A stretch of DNA of 49,222 nucleotides, filler included, from Dimargaris cristalligena (lineage: Eukaryota), in assembly GCA_003614675.1 (NCBI GenBank). It is 2 parts of 2 records of this genome, joined end to end, with 100 filler letters (N's around TTAATTAATTAA, not from the genome) between each part and the next. Parts side by side here need not be neighbours in the genome. Positions count along the whole stretch, not along the records: positions 1 to 24,584 come from ML002584.1; 1 more part is not named here. One strand, given 5' to 3'. The notes under the pieces are model-generated. The model had not been told where the DNA came from. It searched no databases and saw only the letters and a program-made list of their open reading frames with translations. Below, in pieces: positions 1 through 11,866 of this stretch (its first letter is position 1; every line of letters starts with the position of its first letter). The position numbers and the translations under genes were made by a program.

Positions 1-1028
1 TTTGGTTAAAAACTTTATACAGTTAGTTTTATTAATATATTTTTCATTTAAGTGATAAACCAGTTCACCTGGAGAAGCCACCCTGCCCTTTTGATATATT
101 TTTATTGTTCATTTTAGTGGCTTAACACTACCACACTGTGACACCAGTGGTTTGAGGTACCTCCCTTCTGGGACTGGGGCTGGGGTTGGGTCCCCTGTCT
201 TCTGCCAGGCTGGTAGGTTCACTGGACATCAGGTCCAAGGGGCTGGTGCCTACGTGGAACATCAAGAATTCAGGAAACAGTCCCTCAGCTAGTCAGATTG
301 GGTCGGAACTACCATCTGAGTGGGAACTAGGGTATAGTGGGAAATATTCCAAATGAATTGATCCTAAACTCCCACCATCAGAGCTAGGGACTGGAGGAGC
401 CACAGTGGCTGCATACTAACCAACAGGCTTATAAAGAAAATGAAGTAAATAAAAGGAATAAGAAAACATAAAATCAACTTCTGGTTAAAGTCTTCAGCTG
501 ATAATGGATAAATCACTGGGTGAAGTTAAGAACAGATATTTATTCTGAATAATAAAACTTATCTCAAAAGTAACTTGCCATTTCAAGGGCCAGCTGGGGT
601 ACTATATATATATATAATGGGGTTATAGACTAAACTTATGCTATGACTCTCAGATGTCATCCTCAGATGGATGGGCAACCATAAAACCACAAAGGGAAAA
701 ACTGGCTGGGTCTTTAAGTTTGAATTTCATACTAAAATAGCTAAATAAAATGGAAGGTGGAAATACCTTGGATCTGCCAAGGTGTTAATGGCTACTGAAT
801 AAGGATAAGGATGAAGGAAAGCTTCAACACTGCCTACTTTGTTCTAACATGAGAGGATACTCCTTCCAACTCAGCTGAAATTATGAACACAAATGATGTG
901 GGAGTAACCATTCAGTCAGTGGGACCAGAAATAGGGTCAACTAGATGGGTGGTTTCTAAATAAGTATTTGGAGTAGTCACTATTTGTTTGGTGTGTGTTA
1001 GTGTTGTGTGGTGAGAGGAAATAGTTAG

Positions 1029-2030
1029 TCATTCCCATGGCAGGAGAAAACTGTACCTGCTCATGGCAGTACAGCTAGCAACATGGCTGTAATCGACCTT
1101 TTCAAACCCTTTGAAATCAGCTGCAATTGAACTGCTGGCCACAGCTGCATCCCAGTCTTGGAACCAAGGAGTTCCCTGCTTAGCTCCATCTAGGGCCTGC
1201 CCTCCACTTATGTTTTGCATGGTTGTTAGGTCTATGGTGGACTGCCCACCCAGGGGCCAGGTTGGGTTCACACCCATGTGCACCACAGTACCCTTATATG
1301 GGGCAGGTAGTTTGATGACAATCAAGTACTGGCAGAGGTGGGCGATGACATTTGCAGACAGGGACTTGGCCAGGGCCATGTGCTCGGGTTTGATATTCAG
1401 ACCCGCTGGCATCATGGGTGGGGTAGTATTCACCAATGGTTGTTCCTAGAGGTATTGGCTGGAAAGAACCCACTGCTCATGGTTACCCCACACACAACTG
1501 GCTCGCAGTTGACTGACCTTGGCTACAACTTCCTCCAACTTGGGACCCTTGCAACTAAGTCACCCACAAAAATGTAGTGAACATTGCCCATCACTTGCTT
1601 GGTGATGGCCGCGAGTAGAGCATTAAGCCCATTGATGCACCTGTCTACATCACTGATAATTGCGAGCTAATTGTTGTTTAGCACACCCAATAAATTGACA
1701 GTCGGATTGGCAGGTAAAGTAGCTGTTTCTGACTGTGGTATGATGGTGTTACTCGATCTTGTCATTTGTGTCATACTGGAGGACTTTGCAGCCTTCTTCT
1801 TACTTGTTAATGGGGCAATGGCAATAGGATCCTCTTTGCCTGTTTTCTTGCCCTTCACTTGTGTAGTACGGGAGACAAGTACCCCATTCACCAGGGTAGT
1901 TGCCTTGGATTCGTTTTTAGATGTTCAGCAAAATAGTGACGCAGCACCAACAGCCAAACTTAATTGGCCCACAACTAGGCCAAGGATAAGAAATACAATG
2001 CCCAAATAGATAAGACGAGGGCTCTTAGCA
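1029..2030 (-). pseudogene. Decayed ORF, possible transposable-element relic, family unidentified
   Basis: ORF fragments 1667-1891 and 1029-1436 can be joined through in-frame TAG stops (1667-1669, 1446-1448) and one frameshift near 1560. Surrounding DNA is strongly CpG-poor. No recognisable domain. Confidence 0.4.
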
Positions 2031-3608
2031 CTAGGGGAGGAGCGTGGTAATTTATGAAACATGGTAAATGTCAAAAATGGCTATAAGAATAGTTAAACTA
2101 GTGGTGCTTAGTTGGTTTTTAGATAGAGGCTATTCTAGAAAAGAAATGCCTAAATCTAAAATGCGAAATCTATGCTGGAATTCCGAATAATAATGGATAT
2201 TCTATCTGTGTATTTGTGTGTGGGATAGAGTATGTGGTTGTCGGACTACGGTGTATTAATAATAGGAACTCAGGAAAGGGTCAATGGAAATGGACAGTCT
2301 AATTGTAAATAGATATGGGAGTAGTTCAGCCAGGCTGTATAACGCAAAATCCATTTGATGAGGCAAATACTACTGGTTGAAAATAAATATCCCGCCGATT
2401 TTCCCATACGCATAACAGTTAAAACCTTATACAACCGAGCTGAACTTTACCCATATGCTACCTGCACAAGTGAAAATACATGGCTGAGGGTTGGAATGTT
2501 GGGCGACAGGGAAAAATGCCCCAGCCCCTCGGGCAATGGAAAGGCAAAGTTCCCTTTGTAATACCCCCTGCGCATACCCATGCAAAACTCAGCGGTTTTT
2601 ATAAATATTACGCTGCGAAAATGGCGGGGTTGCGTTAGTCGGGTGGAGGAGGCAAGGTAGCGGCGATGTTACGAAACTAGCTACAGTAAAAAGGCCGATC
2701 ATCTCATCAACTTGGAGAGGTCCCATGAAGTCCCCACACCTGTAAGGGTGATCATCGGATATCGGTGATACTGACAGTAAACCATAAGATTGGCAGCAGT
2801 TAACGCCTAAAATCCCATTTATCGTATTCCTTCGACCTGCAATATTAAAATTATACGGTTCTGCGAACATTACCTCGCAGATTTAATTCCGCGTATTGGT
2901 CTCTAAATAATAAAACATCACCTCTACGAAAGACCGTTTCTGGAAATAGCACGATAAGATGAACCTTGGTGTATTGGACTGCGTAATGTATCTCAGGGAT
3001 GGTTACTTATATATATGTTCCGTGCCAATAAAACGGACGATAGTTAATCGTACACCTATGTCCAGTTTGAATCCATCCCAAACCCCGTGAATTGCCATAC
3101 TCACAGTCCTACTGGGTCACATGCTTCTGGGAGACAACTAGACCTGGTACTAAGTGTGTCCCCGATAGACGGCACTTCCATGTGCCTATTTACACGTTTG
3201 TCATACTGGACTTGGGGAGCGGGCGGGTTCATGTAATGGTCCGATAAAGGGTATCATCGATTGGGGCAGTTTTGCTGCGTACCCAAGGGAGGACTGGTGA
3301 TGGCCTCAGCCGTAGAGATTGAAAGACGGGGTATAAAGGTGACTAAGGACTGGGCATGTGCATATATTAAACATTGAGAACTTTGCCTTGGCTATATGCA
3401 CGCAACAGCCCCGGCGGCGGGTAAACTATACACCAGGACCCGGTCCTATTTAAGACAGTTGACCAGCTGGTTTGGGCCCCAGCGTTTACTATCTCCGTAT
3501 TTTCTGTAATATTAAATACACGTTGTCATTTATATCCAATTCTTCGAGACCCCCTCTGTATATTCTGACCATCCCCTTGCCTTCCATCTCTCGTATCCTT
3601 GTGGCACC

Positions 3609-6600
3609 ATGTCGGAGTCTTTGTTCGCCCACTTCTGCCAGTCACTCTCGAAGCGGCGCCCTCATCCAGCTTTATCTACGCACGGCGATGGCGGCTCTCG
3701 ATATTCCATGAGCGGAGAAGCGGTATCAAGAATCCCTTACCCCGACCGGGTCCCTGAAGAATCCTCAAACCCCACCATCGGCATTGTGCATGGTGGCCAG
3801 TGGTCTATGTTGAATGCACCAGCCCAAACCCAAACCCTGATTCCAACTCCCCCTGATATGGCCAGCACTGGACCGAGTGCAGTCCGGACTTTAGAACCTA
3901 CCCTAAGAACACTGCAGCAGGTATCTAACTTGGCCGTCGCGACCGGTAGTTCGTCGGCCACAACAGGACGAGGGGTTTCCCAGTGGCCGCTATCGTGTAT
4001 GGGCCCTGTAACCCCTAACTCAAGCAACCGTGAAACGGAAACCACTGCATCTGTACCATGTAATCCCCCTTCTCTAAGCAACCCTCGGACAATTCGGGGA
4101 CATCGTCAGGGAGGATCGTCTCAAGGGAGGCGCAGCAGTGATAATGGGGACACTACCAGCCCATCAACTTCTCTGGAATCTCAGAGCCATGGTTCATACA
4201 ATTCTGGTTCGGTGACCCAGCCAAATTTGGAAGACAATACCATTTGTGCGTTGGCCGAAGGACGTGTTCGGGGCGGAGAGCTGGGATTATGCATTCTTAA
4301 TCTCAGATTGGGGCAGTGTATACTAGCTCAGGTAAGAGTAATCACTAACGAATAACCAATTTGAATTTTCCTGTGTGTATCAGAAGGGAGGCTATGTGAC
4401 CATATTATAGAGTCTATCACTATGTCTACCTGATATTGGTCGGGAGGCCGTCCAACTATTTTGAGCCACTAGTAACTAAAATCCCCATCTTTGGGACCTC
4501 TAATGACAATTGGCTTGGATAGTATGGCGACGATCATAGTTTTGCCTACACTTTGGGCTGGCTACAGCGCTATCAGCCTCAGTTGGTAAGTGGGGCGAAT
4601 AGATATTTGATAAACATTAGCACCTCCCTTATGACCTATTTTTTGGTGGCATAATTTCTTATTATGGGTTTCTAGCCAGTGTAACGTCAGTATGGTGCCT
4701 ATGTCAACCCGTAAAAAAAAAAAAGACCAAGTCGCCCAAGTAGACGGGCATACTAATTTACTATAAATAAGCCGTTTAATATGTTTTTTTTTAGGTTCTG
4801 GTAGGTAGGCCTGCGGGCCAGGCAGCCCCTCCCCCACCACTGGTCCTGTGTCTGCGCAGCCGCATAAAGACACTCTCTATTCGGTTGATTGAGCGCCGCT
4901 ATTACAATAACCAGCAGGGGCTAGCGTACCTCCGTGACTATGCCACAGACTCGGCCCATTTGGCCCTCCAACCCATTCTTGACGCCAAATATTACTGTTC
5001 TTCCGCAATTGGGGCCCTATTTGGGTTCTTGGTCAACGGAAGCAATCTTGAGCTCACCCTCCATAGCCTGGATATTCGATTCGAAGCCTGTGAAGGTATA
5101 TTCCGTACCATCGTTAAGAACTAAAGTGACTTGTTAATACAAGTTGGGGAGTGGGATGGGGTTGGACGAGGGGACTGTTGGAAAGATCTCACTTAGGACA
5201 TCGGGTGTTACGAGTAATACAGTATATATTCGGCATCTAACATACACGTTTTCAACATCATATACGTTTAATAGGTTGTATGGATATTGGTAGGTTAATA
5301 CTACGTGATCTATTTAGCGATTAGTCCAGGAAACACCACCACAATCCCTGAGCAGAATTTATCAATAGACTAATGGCGATAGTTGACCCAACTGGGTACC
5401 AATCTATTTTTTTGGAGTAATTTTAATTATAATCACAGACCCTTCGACGGTACAGGGGCTCGAGTTGATTAACCCACAGGATCAGGGCCAATCTACATTA
5501 TTCAGTAAGTTGTGCTGTCCTATTAAAGGTTGCTTGGAAGGCTGGTTTTAAAAGGGCCCATGCGTAACAGGTGTACAGCCACGTAAGTAAAAGAGTACCA
5601 GTGTATAAATAATTCGCATATTCTTAATGCCCCTACAATATTATTATACACTTTAGGTACACTCAACTACACCTTAACACCTATGGGCGGTAAGTTTGGC
5701 ACATGAATGACAACAAAGCTTTACATAGTGACGTCGCGGAGTGTTGGCCCAGTATTCAGTATACAGTTAACCAGCCGCTCCTTTGGTAATTTTTAAATAT
5801 ACGTCCCTATATCCAATACAGGACGGTTGCTGCGTCTTTCGATTCTTCAGCCCTTCACCGGTAAGTTAAATTAAACAAACCGAGCGGGTTTTTATGAAGC
5901 CAGGCAACACGTTCTTAAAGAGAGGGGGCTACTCGACTGGAAAAACAATTTCAAAAGCCGCTATATTAAAATTCATATGGCGTATGCTATGGCAGACATT
6001 CGAAGAATTGAAGAGCGTCACAATATGGTCGAAGGTTAGTCTTAGAACCTATTAATACTACAATGGTATACTGCAGCCATTGAATGCAATTCCACCGATA
6101 GTGGAAAACTCTAGTCGGCATTGAACTGTGTTTCTGATTGCTTTATATGCAACTTGCTGGATATCGTGGTGAATTCTCAACGCAGAATTACTCAACTCGG
6201 AGGTAGGTATATTTAACACAATATTTGCTAAATGTTTGGCTAATTATAAATAACAGTTGAATATTACCCGCTCCACGGCTGTGGTTTCCCTATCTATGTA
6301 TGCCAGCTTACCAATATAATAACCGACTAGGACTCATAATGTCTCTTCTATAATTACTAATTCATATCTGACTAGCAAACGTTTTTTGGCTTGCGCAAAG
6401 GTAATCGTCTAAGGAATAGGAGTAGCAGGGTCAGTATTAGACCTATACATTTTATTACTTGGACGGTAGTCCTCAATAGACAATACACTTCTAATACGTG
6501 CCTTTAAAAATTAATATAGCGCTACCAACTATCGGGGATGTCGACGCCTGCATATCTAAAGTAAGCGACACCGCATTAGCCTAATTTAATATTGAAGGAT

Positions 6601-9471
6601 GATCATGTTGTCGGAGATGATTACTGGGTTGGTTGGCATAATATCTAATCAGCCACCATGGTTTCTGATATGACGGAATTCTTAGATGGCTGTCTGTCCA
6701 CGAAACTTCAAAGTCCACCATGCCCAACAAAACATTACGGTACTCGTCGAAATGAGAAAAATCCTGGAAGGGATTGAATTGGTTACTAGCTGCCTGAGTG
6801 CCTCATCAAACTCAAAGTTTCAAGAGTTTTGCGGTGTAGGTTTAAAGCCCAAATATAGTACAGGCACATTGCCCTAAATAGCCTCATTTATTATGTATCT
6901 TGGCATAGGTAGAATTTTAATCGTGCTGGTATGTTAGCACCTACTCCACCCGTGGCCATCACTACTCTTTTAAATTACCAAAACAGACATTCACCAGTGT
7001 AGCCCAGCGTCTACTCCCAAAGATTAAGGCGGTGGTGGATGACGACATAAATGTTCAAAAGGGGGCCCTGTCTATGCGACATGTGCGATGTTATATTGTT
7101 AAGGTAACTCATTTTTCTTGTTATTTTACCGTACATCTAAACCGGCTAATGACTAAATATTTGATATGGTTTATGGGGTTTTGGGTTACTCGCAGATTGA
7201 TTATTGTGCCCTTTATATTTAACCATCACAGTATTGAAGTACGGCTATATTAATTTTTCTAGCCAGGGTTCAGCAGCCTTCTGGATTTAGGTTGGTATAA
7301 TAATTAAATATATTATTTAACAGGCAATTATAATACTAGTAAACCGTCCCATACTTTGTATACATCTATTGTCGGGCAATTTCCAGTCATTAGAATAATC
7401 AAATAAACATTATTTACTATCCATCATGTATTCTTACTATAGCTCGCCAGGTCTACAAGGAAACTATCGACGATGTATACCAACTGGTCCAGGCATATTG
7501 TGGTAAGAAGCTCCGACAGCCGAATTGTTATGGAAAGTTCAATAGACAGATTTGGCCATAGTCTAGCACGGTATTTCCTCATGAATGCGGTTGGCATTGT
7601 CACTTACCTATCAGCCATTTAAATATGTACTCGGTAACTTTGCCAATGTACAATAGAGACCTATTCGATGACCATCAAGTTACAGTTCAATACCACTACT
7701 GGTTTTTACTTGTCATGCTCTACCAAAGGACTTCACACCGAAACCCTTGACCCTGTATTCATCAATGACGTGACCAAGAAATCCACAAAACAATTCACCA
7801 CTCTGGAAATTGTAAGTTCAAAAAGTGAATTTGAACCCGAGACTTTAAACATTTGGTGCTTTGAATTAATCAACAGTGTCCACACCAAGGGATTACTTAC
7901 TAGCTTCTCTATTACATAACACCCAGATTAAACTGAACCAACGAATCAACAATGCCCTGGATGAAATAACCCTCATGTCTGACAAGTAAGGACCCCTTTA
8001 TTTCTGAAAAAACTGATGTTACTAACTTGAATAATACTTTTGAATACCAATGCTAGTGACAATATGGTATCCAGCTAACACCTACTGTTATGAATACCGT
8101 CACGCCAGGGCCATTGGTGATCTATTGGCATATTTGCGAGGCAAAATAGGTGCCTTGCACGATATTTCGCGGGCGCTAGCCGAGTTAGACTTGGTTCTGT
8201 CGTTTGCCAATAGTGGCACTCTGGCTAATTACGGTAGGTCCTTAGTAATTTGCTATTCTATCGATAGTAAGCATTGATGTTGAACAAATACCCGGCATCC
8301 GCATTAGCTGCTATATCAGCTACCAATTAACTACGGGTTGATCGATAAATAATTGACTAAACCTCAGGCATCTACCATCCACACCCATGCATGGTTACTC
8401 GTTCTGGGTTAAGTGCGCCCCCGTTTTAGCAATCACCTGGCTGTCGAGATGGGCCGTCATCCCATCCTAGATCGAGCCGGCCTAGCCTGCGTCCCCAATT
8501 CCGTATCAGCCCAAGCTGGAGCCCAGTTTCACTGTATCATGGGGGCCCATCGAAGTGGAAAAACTACCTATCTCAAACAAATTGCTCTATTACATATAAT
8601 GGCTCAAATGGGCTCATTTGTACCGGCACAAAAGGCTACTTTGCCGATATTACCGGGAATTCGTACTAGATTCTGTCACGATACGGGCAATGAGGTGGGC
8701 CGCTGGAACCTATCCACCTTCGCCGCTGAAATGACCGGCACGGCGAGTATTCTAAATGGCCTTCCCACGGCCGAGGGCTGGCTGGTATTGGTGGATGAGT
8801 TGGGTCGAGCCACTTCACCATCGGCTGGTGCTAGTATAGCCTATGCGGTAGCCTGTGAATTACTGCAATCGTCAGCTATTACATTCTTCACCACTCATTT
8901 TCTGTCAGTTGTTAAAGCTCTACAGCGCTACTGTGTAAATGGCACTGGCGGTGCAATGCCGACCCAATCCATTCAGGTGTATTCCTTCGGGGCCGATGGC
9001 ATTGAATGTGACGGCCGGGAACGCACCGGTGGGGCCCGTTCGAGTGTCCCTCATCGACTCCAGCCGGGGTCTATGGGGATGTCCCATTACGGCATACTGG
9101 CCGCTCGTCTTGCCGGTCTTCCAGCCGTGGTGACTGACCGGGCCCAAGCCATTGTTCAGCTGCTGGTGGGACAGGAGACCCCAAACCCCACACCGACCGA
9201 AGGATCCGTTAGTTCAAAAGTATGTTAATCAATGATATCCGGCCTTCATTAAGACCCCATTCAAAGAATCTACTCGCTAAATGATGTTAACCCTCCACAC
9301 TTTAGTTTGCATGTAAATATATGGATGTATGTATACTAGGATAAAATAATTGCAGCCATGGCTGGACGCACAGCTAAACTTACCCTAGGCGAGTGGAGCC
9401 AGGTTCTTCTTCGGCTACAGAATGATCAAACCAGGCATGACCTATATTCCGAGAGAACGATGGAACACTAA
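3609..9471 (+). CDS. MSH4: Meiosis-specific MutS-gamma subunit MSH4, ~997 aa, 20 exons
   Basis: Manual GT-AG model with consistent phases: 3609-4331, 4523-4585, 4795-5095, 5275-5289, 5439-5504, 5657-5689, 5822-5860, 5996-6034, 6186-6202, 6376-6400, 6520-6560, 6686-6835, 6987-7103, 7263-7290, 7443-7502, 7657-7811, 7927-7985, 8109-8233, 8414-9219, 9340-9471 (last exon less certain). MSH4-type motifs: CALAEGRVRGGELGLC, LNYTLTPMGGRLLRLSILQP, LLDLARQVYKETIDD, GRHPIL, SGKTTYLKQ, STFAAEM, DELGRATS, TTHF, HYG. No mismatch-recognition domain I. Confidence 0.9.
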
Positions 9472-10783
9472 GATTAATCTAGACAAACCCACGATCCATG
9501 TGAGTAACCCGGCGACGTGGCTTTAGGTTTATAGTGACAACATGTCTAGTGGAGTAGATCGATGTTCCGCCGACTCCAAGCTCATATCCTATCTTACGGT
9601 GCTATTAATTTGGTGCCATCCAGTATACACCGTCTTAATACAAAGTGCAAATAAATACGAAAAGTCCGTCGATTAGGATTTGTTATCGATAAGGTGAATA
9701 GGTATAAAGATGGAAGTGCCTTGATGGAAGATACTGAATAAGGACGAATTTATAAGGGTATGAGTACAGCAATGTCACGATATAGACAACCGATGCCCAA
9801 GAGTAGCCCATGGTGGGGCATTAATATAGGTCTCGGGTACCCAGAAGGGGTTATCCAAGATGGAGGTTTCCTAGTGATTAGCCGCCTTGGACCACAGTTC
9901 GACTGATAAAGTCAGGGACCACGTCTAATCAGTGGGTGTATCACATATGCGGTAACCTGGGCTATTATGCATAGTGTCAAGCATGGCCAAAATAGGCTAA
10001 CTCACCAACTGTAAGGGAGGGTAGTTAACAGTATGACTACTGTGGAGGGGCTGATTAAAAAAGTTCTTAGAGTGTGGTGGATTGTAGGGAAGGTCAAGTA
10101 GGGTCGGACGTTGGTTTCCCATGGAGAGCTACTCTAGTGGAGAGACTTCAGACTAAGTACGCCTTTCAAATACCGACAGGTGCGATTTGGTATACCAATT
10201 TAAATGTAAATGGAAATGGAAATGGGTTCTGGAGTACAGGTTTGGGGGAGCTGGATTAGCGCAACTGGAGGCCCTTATGTTAGAAGACAAGATTTACTTT
10301 CTTCCCGCTACCTATATTTGATTATTTCAATGAGATGAACAATGGGATTAAATTACACTACTAAGATGTCCTTTGGTTCTAGCAACTGATTGATCTCCAT
10401 TCCACCAATGGCTTGCTTGGTGCAGGAATGGTGGTATTTATAGCCCTAGGGTATGTTGTGGATATGGGAAGTATAGAGAGGCCTGTATATGAAAGAAGAT
10501 TTCGATTGATTTTTGCAACATTGAGCGTGTTCTTCGGCAGTGACTAGCACTGTGCCGTCAGGCGTAAACAATCGATCTAAGGGATATTGTAGTGCAGCTG
10601 AATACAGAATTACTTCCATTCTTTGGACTTTTGGTATATGAAGATTTCTTCTACAATTTTCGAATGATTTATACCCCGTTTTTAACTTGATTCAGGCACG
10701 TAAGACCTCGCATTAGAAGGTAGTAGTTTCTTATTCGTTAGGCTGGCAGGCCACATAGCGGGATCCTAAGCCATGGCCCTGAA

Positions 10784-10811
<28 letters not shown>
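10784..10811. repeat. (AT)n microsatellite
   Basis: Uninterrupted AT dinucleotide run of ~28 nt. Confidence 0.9.
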
Positions 10812-10817
<6 letters not shown>

Positions 10818-11295
10818 AGTGTGTGGAAATGGGCTTGCTTATTAAATAAGAAGTAGTCGTGTTGTTGTCGAGGTCAAGGAACATGGTATTTGCGATGAGT
10901 AGATGTAATTAAATAGCAAACTGGGGCTTTTTAGAGGGAGCGTAGTGGACTATAATATAGAGGGTACAGTGGAGATCATCCTCGCCTGGTGTTGTTGGGG
11001 ATTGCCCCCGGCTTCCTTCTAGTAGCAGTGTGGTGGGGCCCGCCAACAGGGTTTAGTGCACTAAAACTACAGCCAAGTCAGGGCCAATCGGCATGCACAC
11101 CGACGCAAGTTGTTTTTGTTTACTTTTTTGCCTTAGCTCTACTGCGTGTATATATTATATATATGTGTGTGTGTAGGTTGGGGAGTGTGTGGTCAGCCAG
11201 AGCGCTCTTTGCCCCTGGGCTCTGTGGCCCTCCCCCTGCTACTCCCCACCATACAACCCAAAAAAAACGGACAGTGCGTTGACGTGGGGTGAATA

Positions 11296-11297
<2 letters not shown>

Positions 11298-11340
<43 letters not shown>

Positions 11341-11341
11341 T
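11298..11341 (+). repeat. (CT)n microsatellite at the probable promoter or leader start of the PHD gene
   Basis: Near-perfect CT run followed by a pyrimidine-rich leader up to ATG 11867. Confidence 0.9.
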
Positions 11342-11866
11342 TTCTACTACTATACTCCTACTTCGAACTCCCCATTGCTGCCCTTTTTCCAAACTAGCCC
11401 CCGCTTACTTTTCTATTTTTTTCTTTTCGTGTACTTTATAATTTTGCGCCTTTGTTGTATACCCTACTTGGCATTAGTGATCCTCCCGCCCACCGCCGCA
11501 GCCCTCGTTACCACCAACTTCAGCATTCCCAAACCGCCAGTTTTGTAACAGCTCCCACAACTGAAATACCTGCGGTCCCCCTACTTCTTGCTACTTCGTC
11601 TCTTTAATTGCCGCATAATCGACCCAATCGCAGTGCCTTTATAGTTTGCCCGCCTCATGCTCTACCAAAGGGTCCCGCACCCTATTTAGTCCCCCTGGAG
11701 CATTCAGTGGCCCAACCTAACTATTTAACCAACCGACGTATTGCGGGAGTGGCTGATATATATATTGCCCAATTCGTTGATATTGGGTCTATATACCTAC
11801 CCAGGCGCATTCCTGATCGAAATCCGCCCATTTTGAGTTATTTCCCCATAACCACTCGCGCAGCCT

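Noticed and set aside
10201-10225. Short (AAATGG)n tandem repeat
   Set aside because: Three to four units in intergenic DNA with no supporting context.
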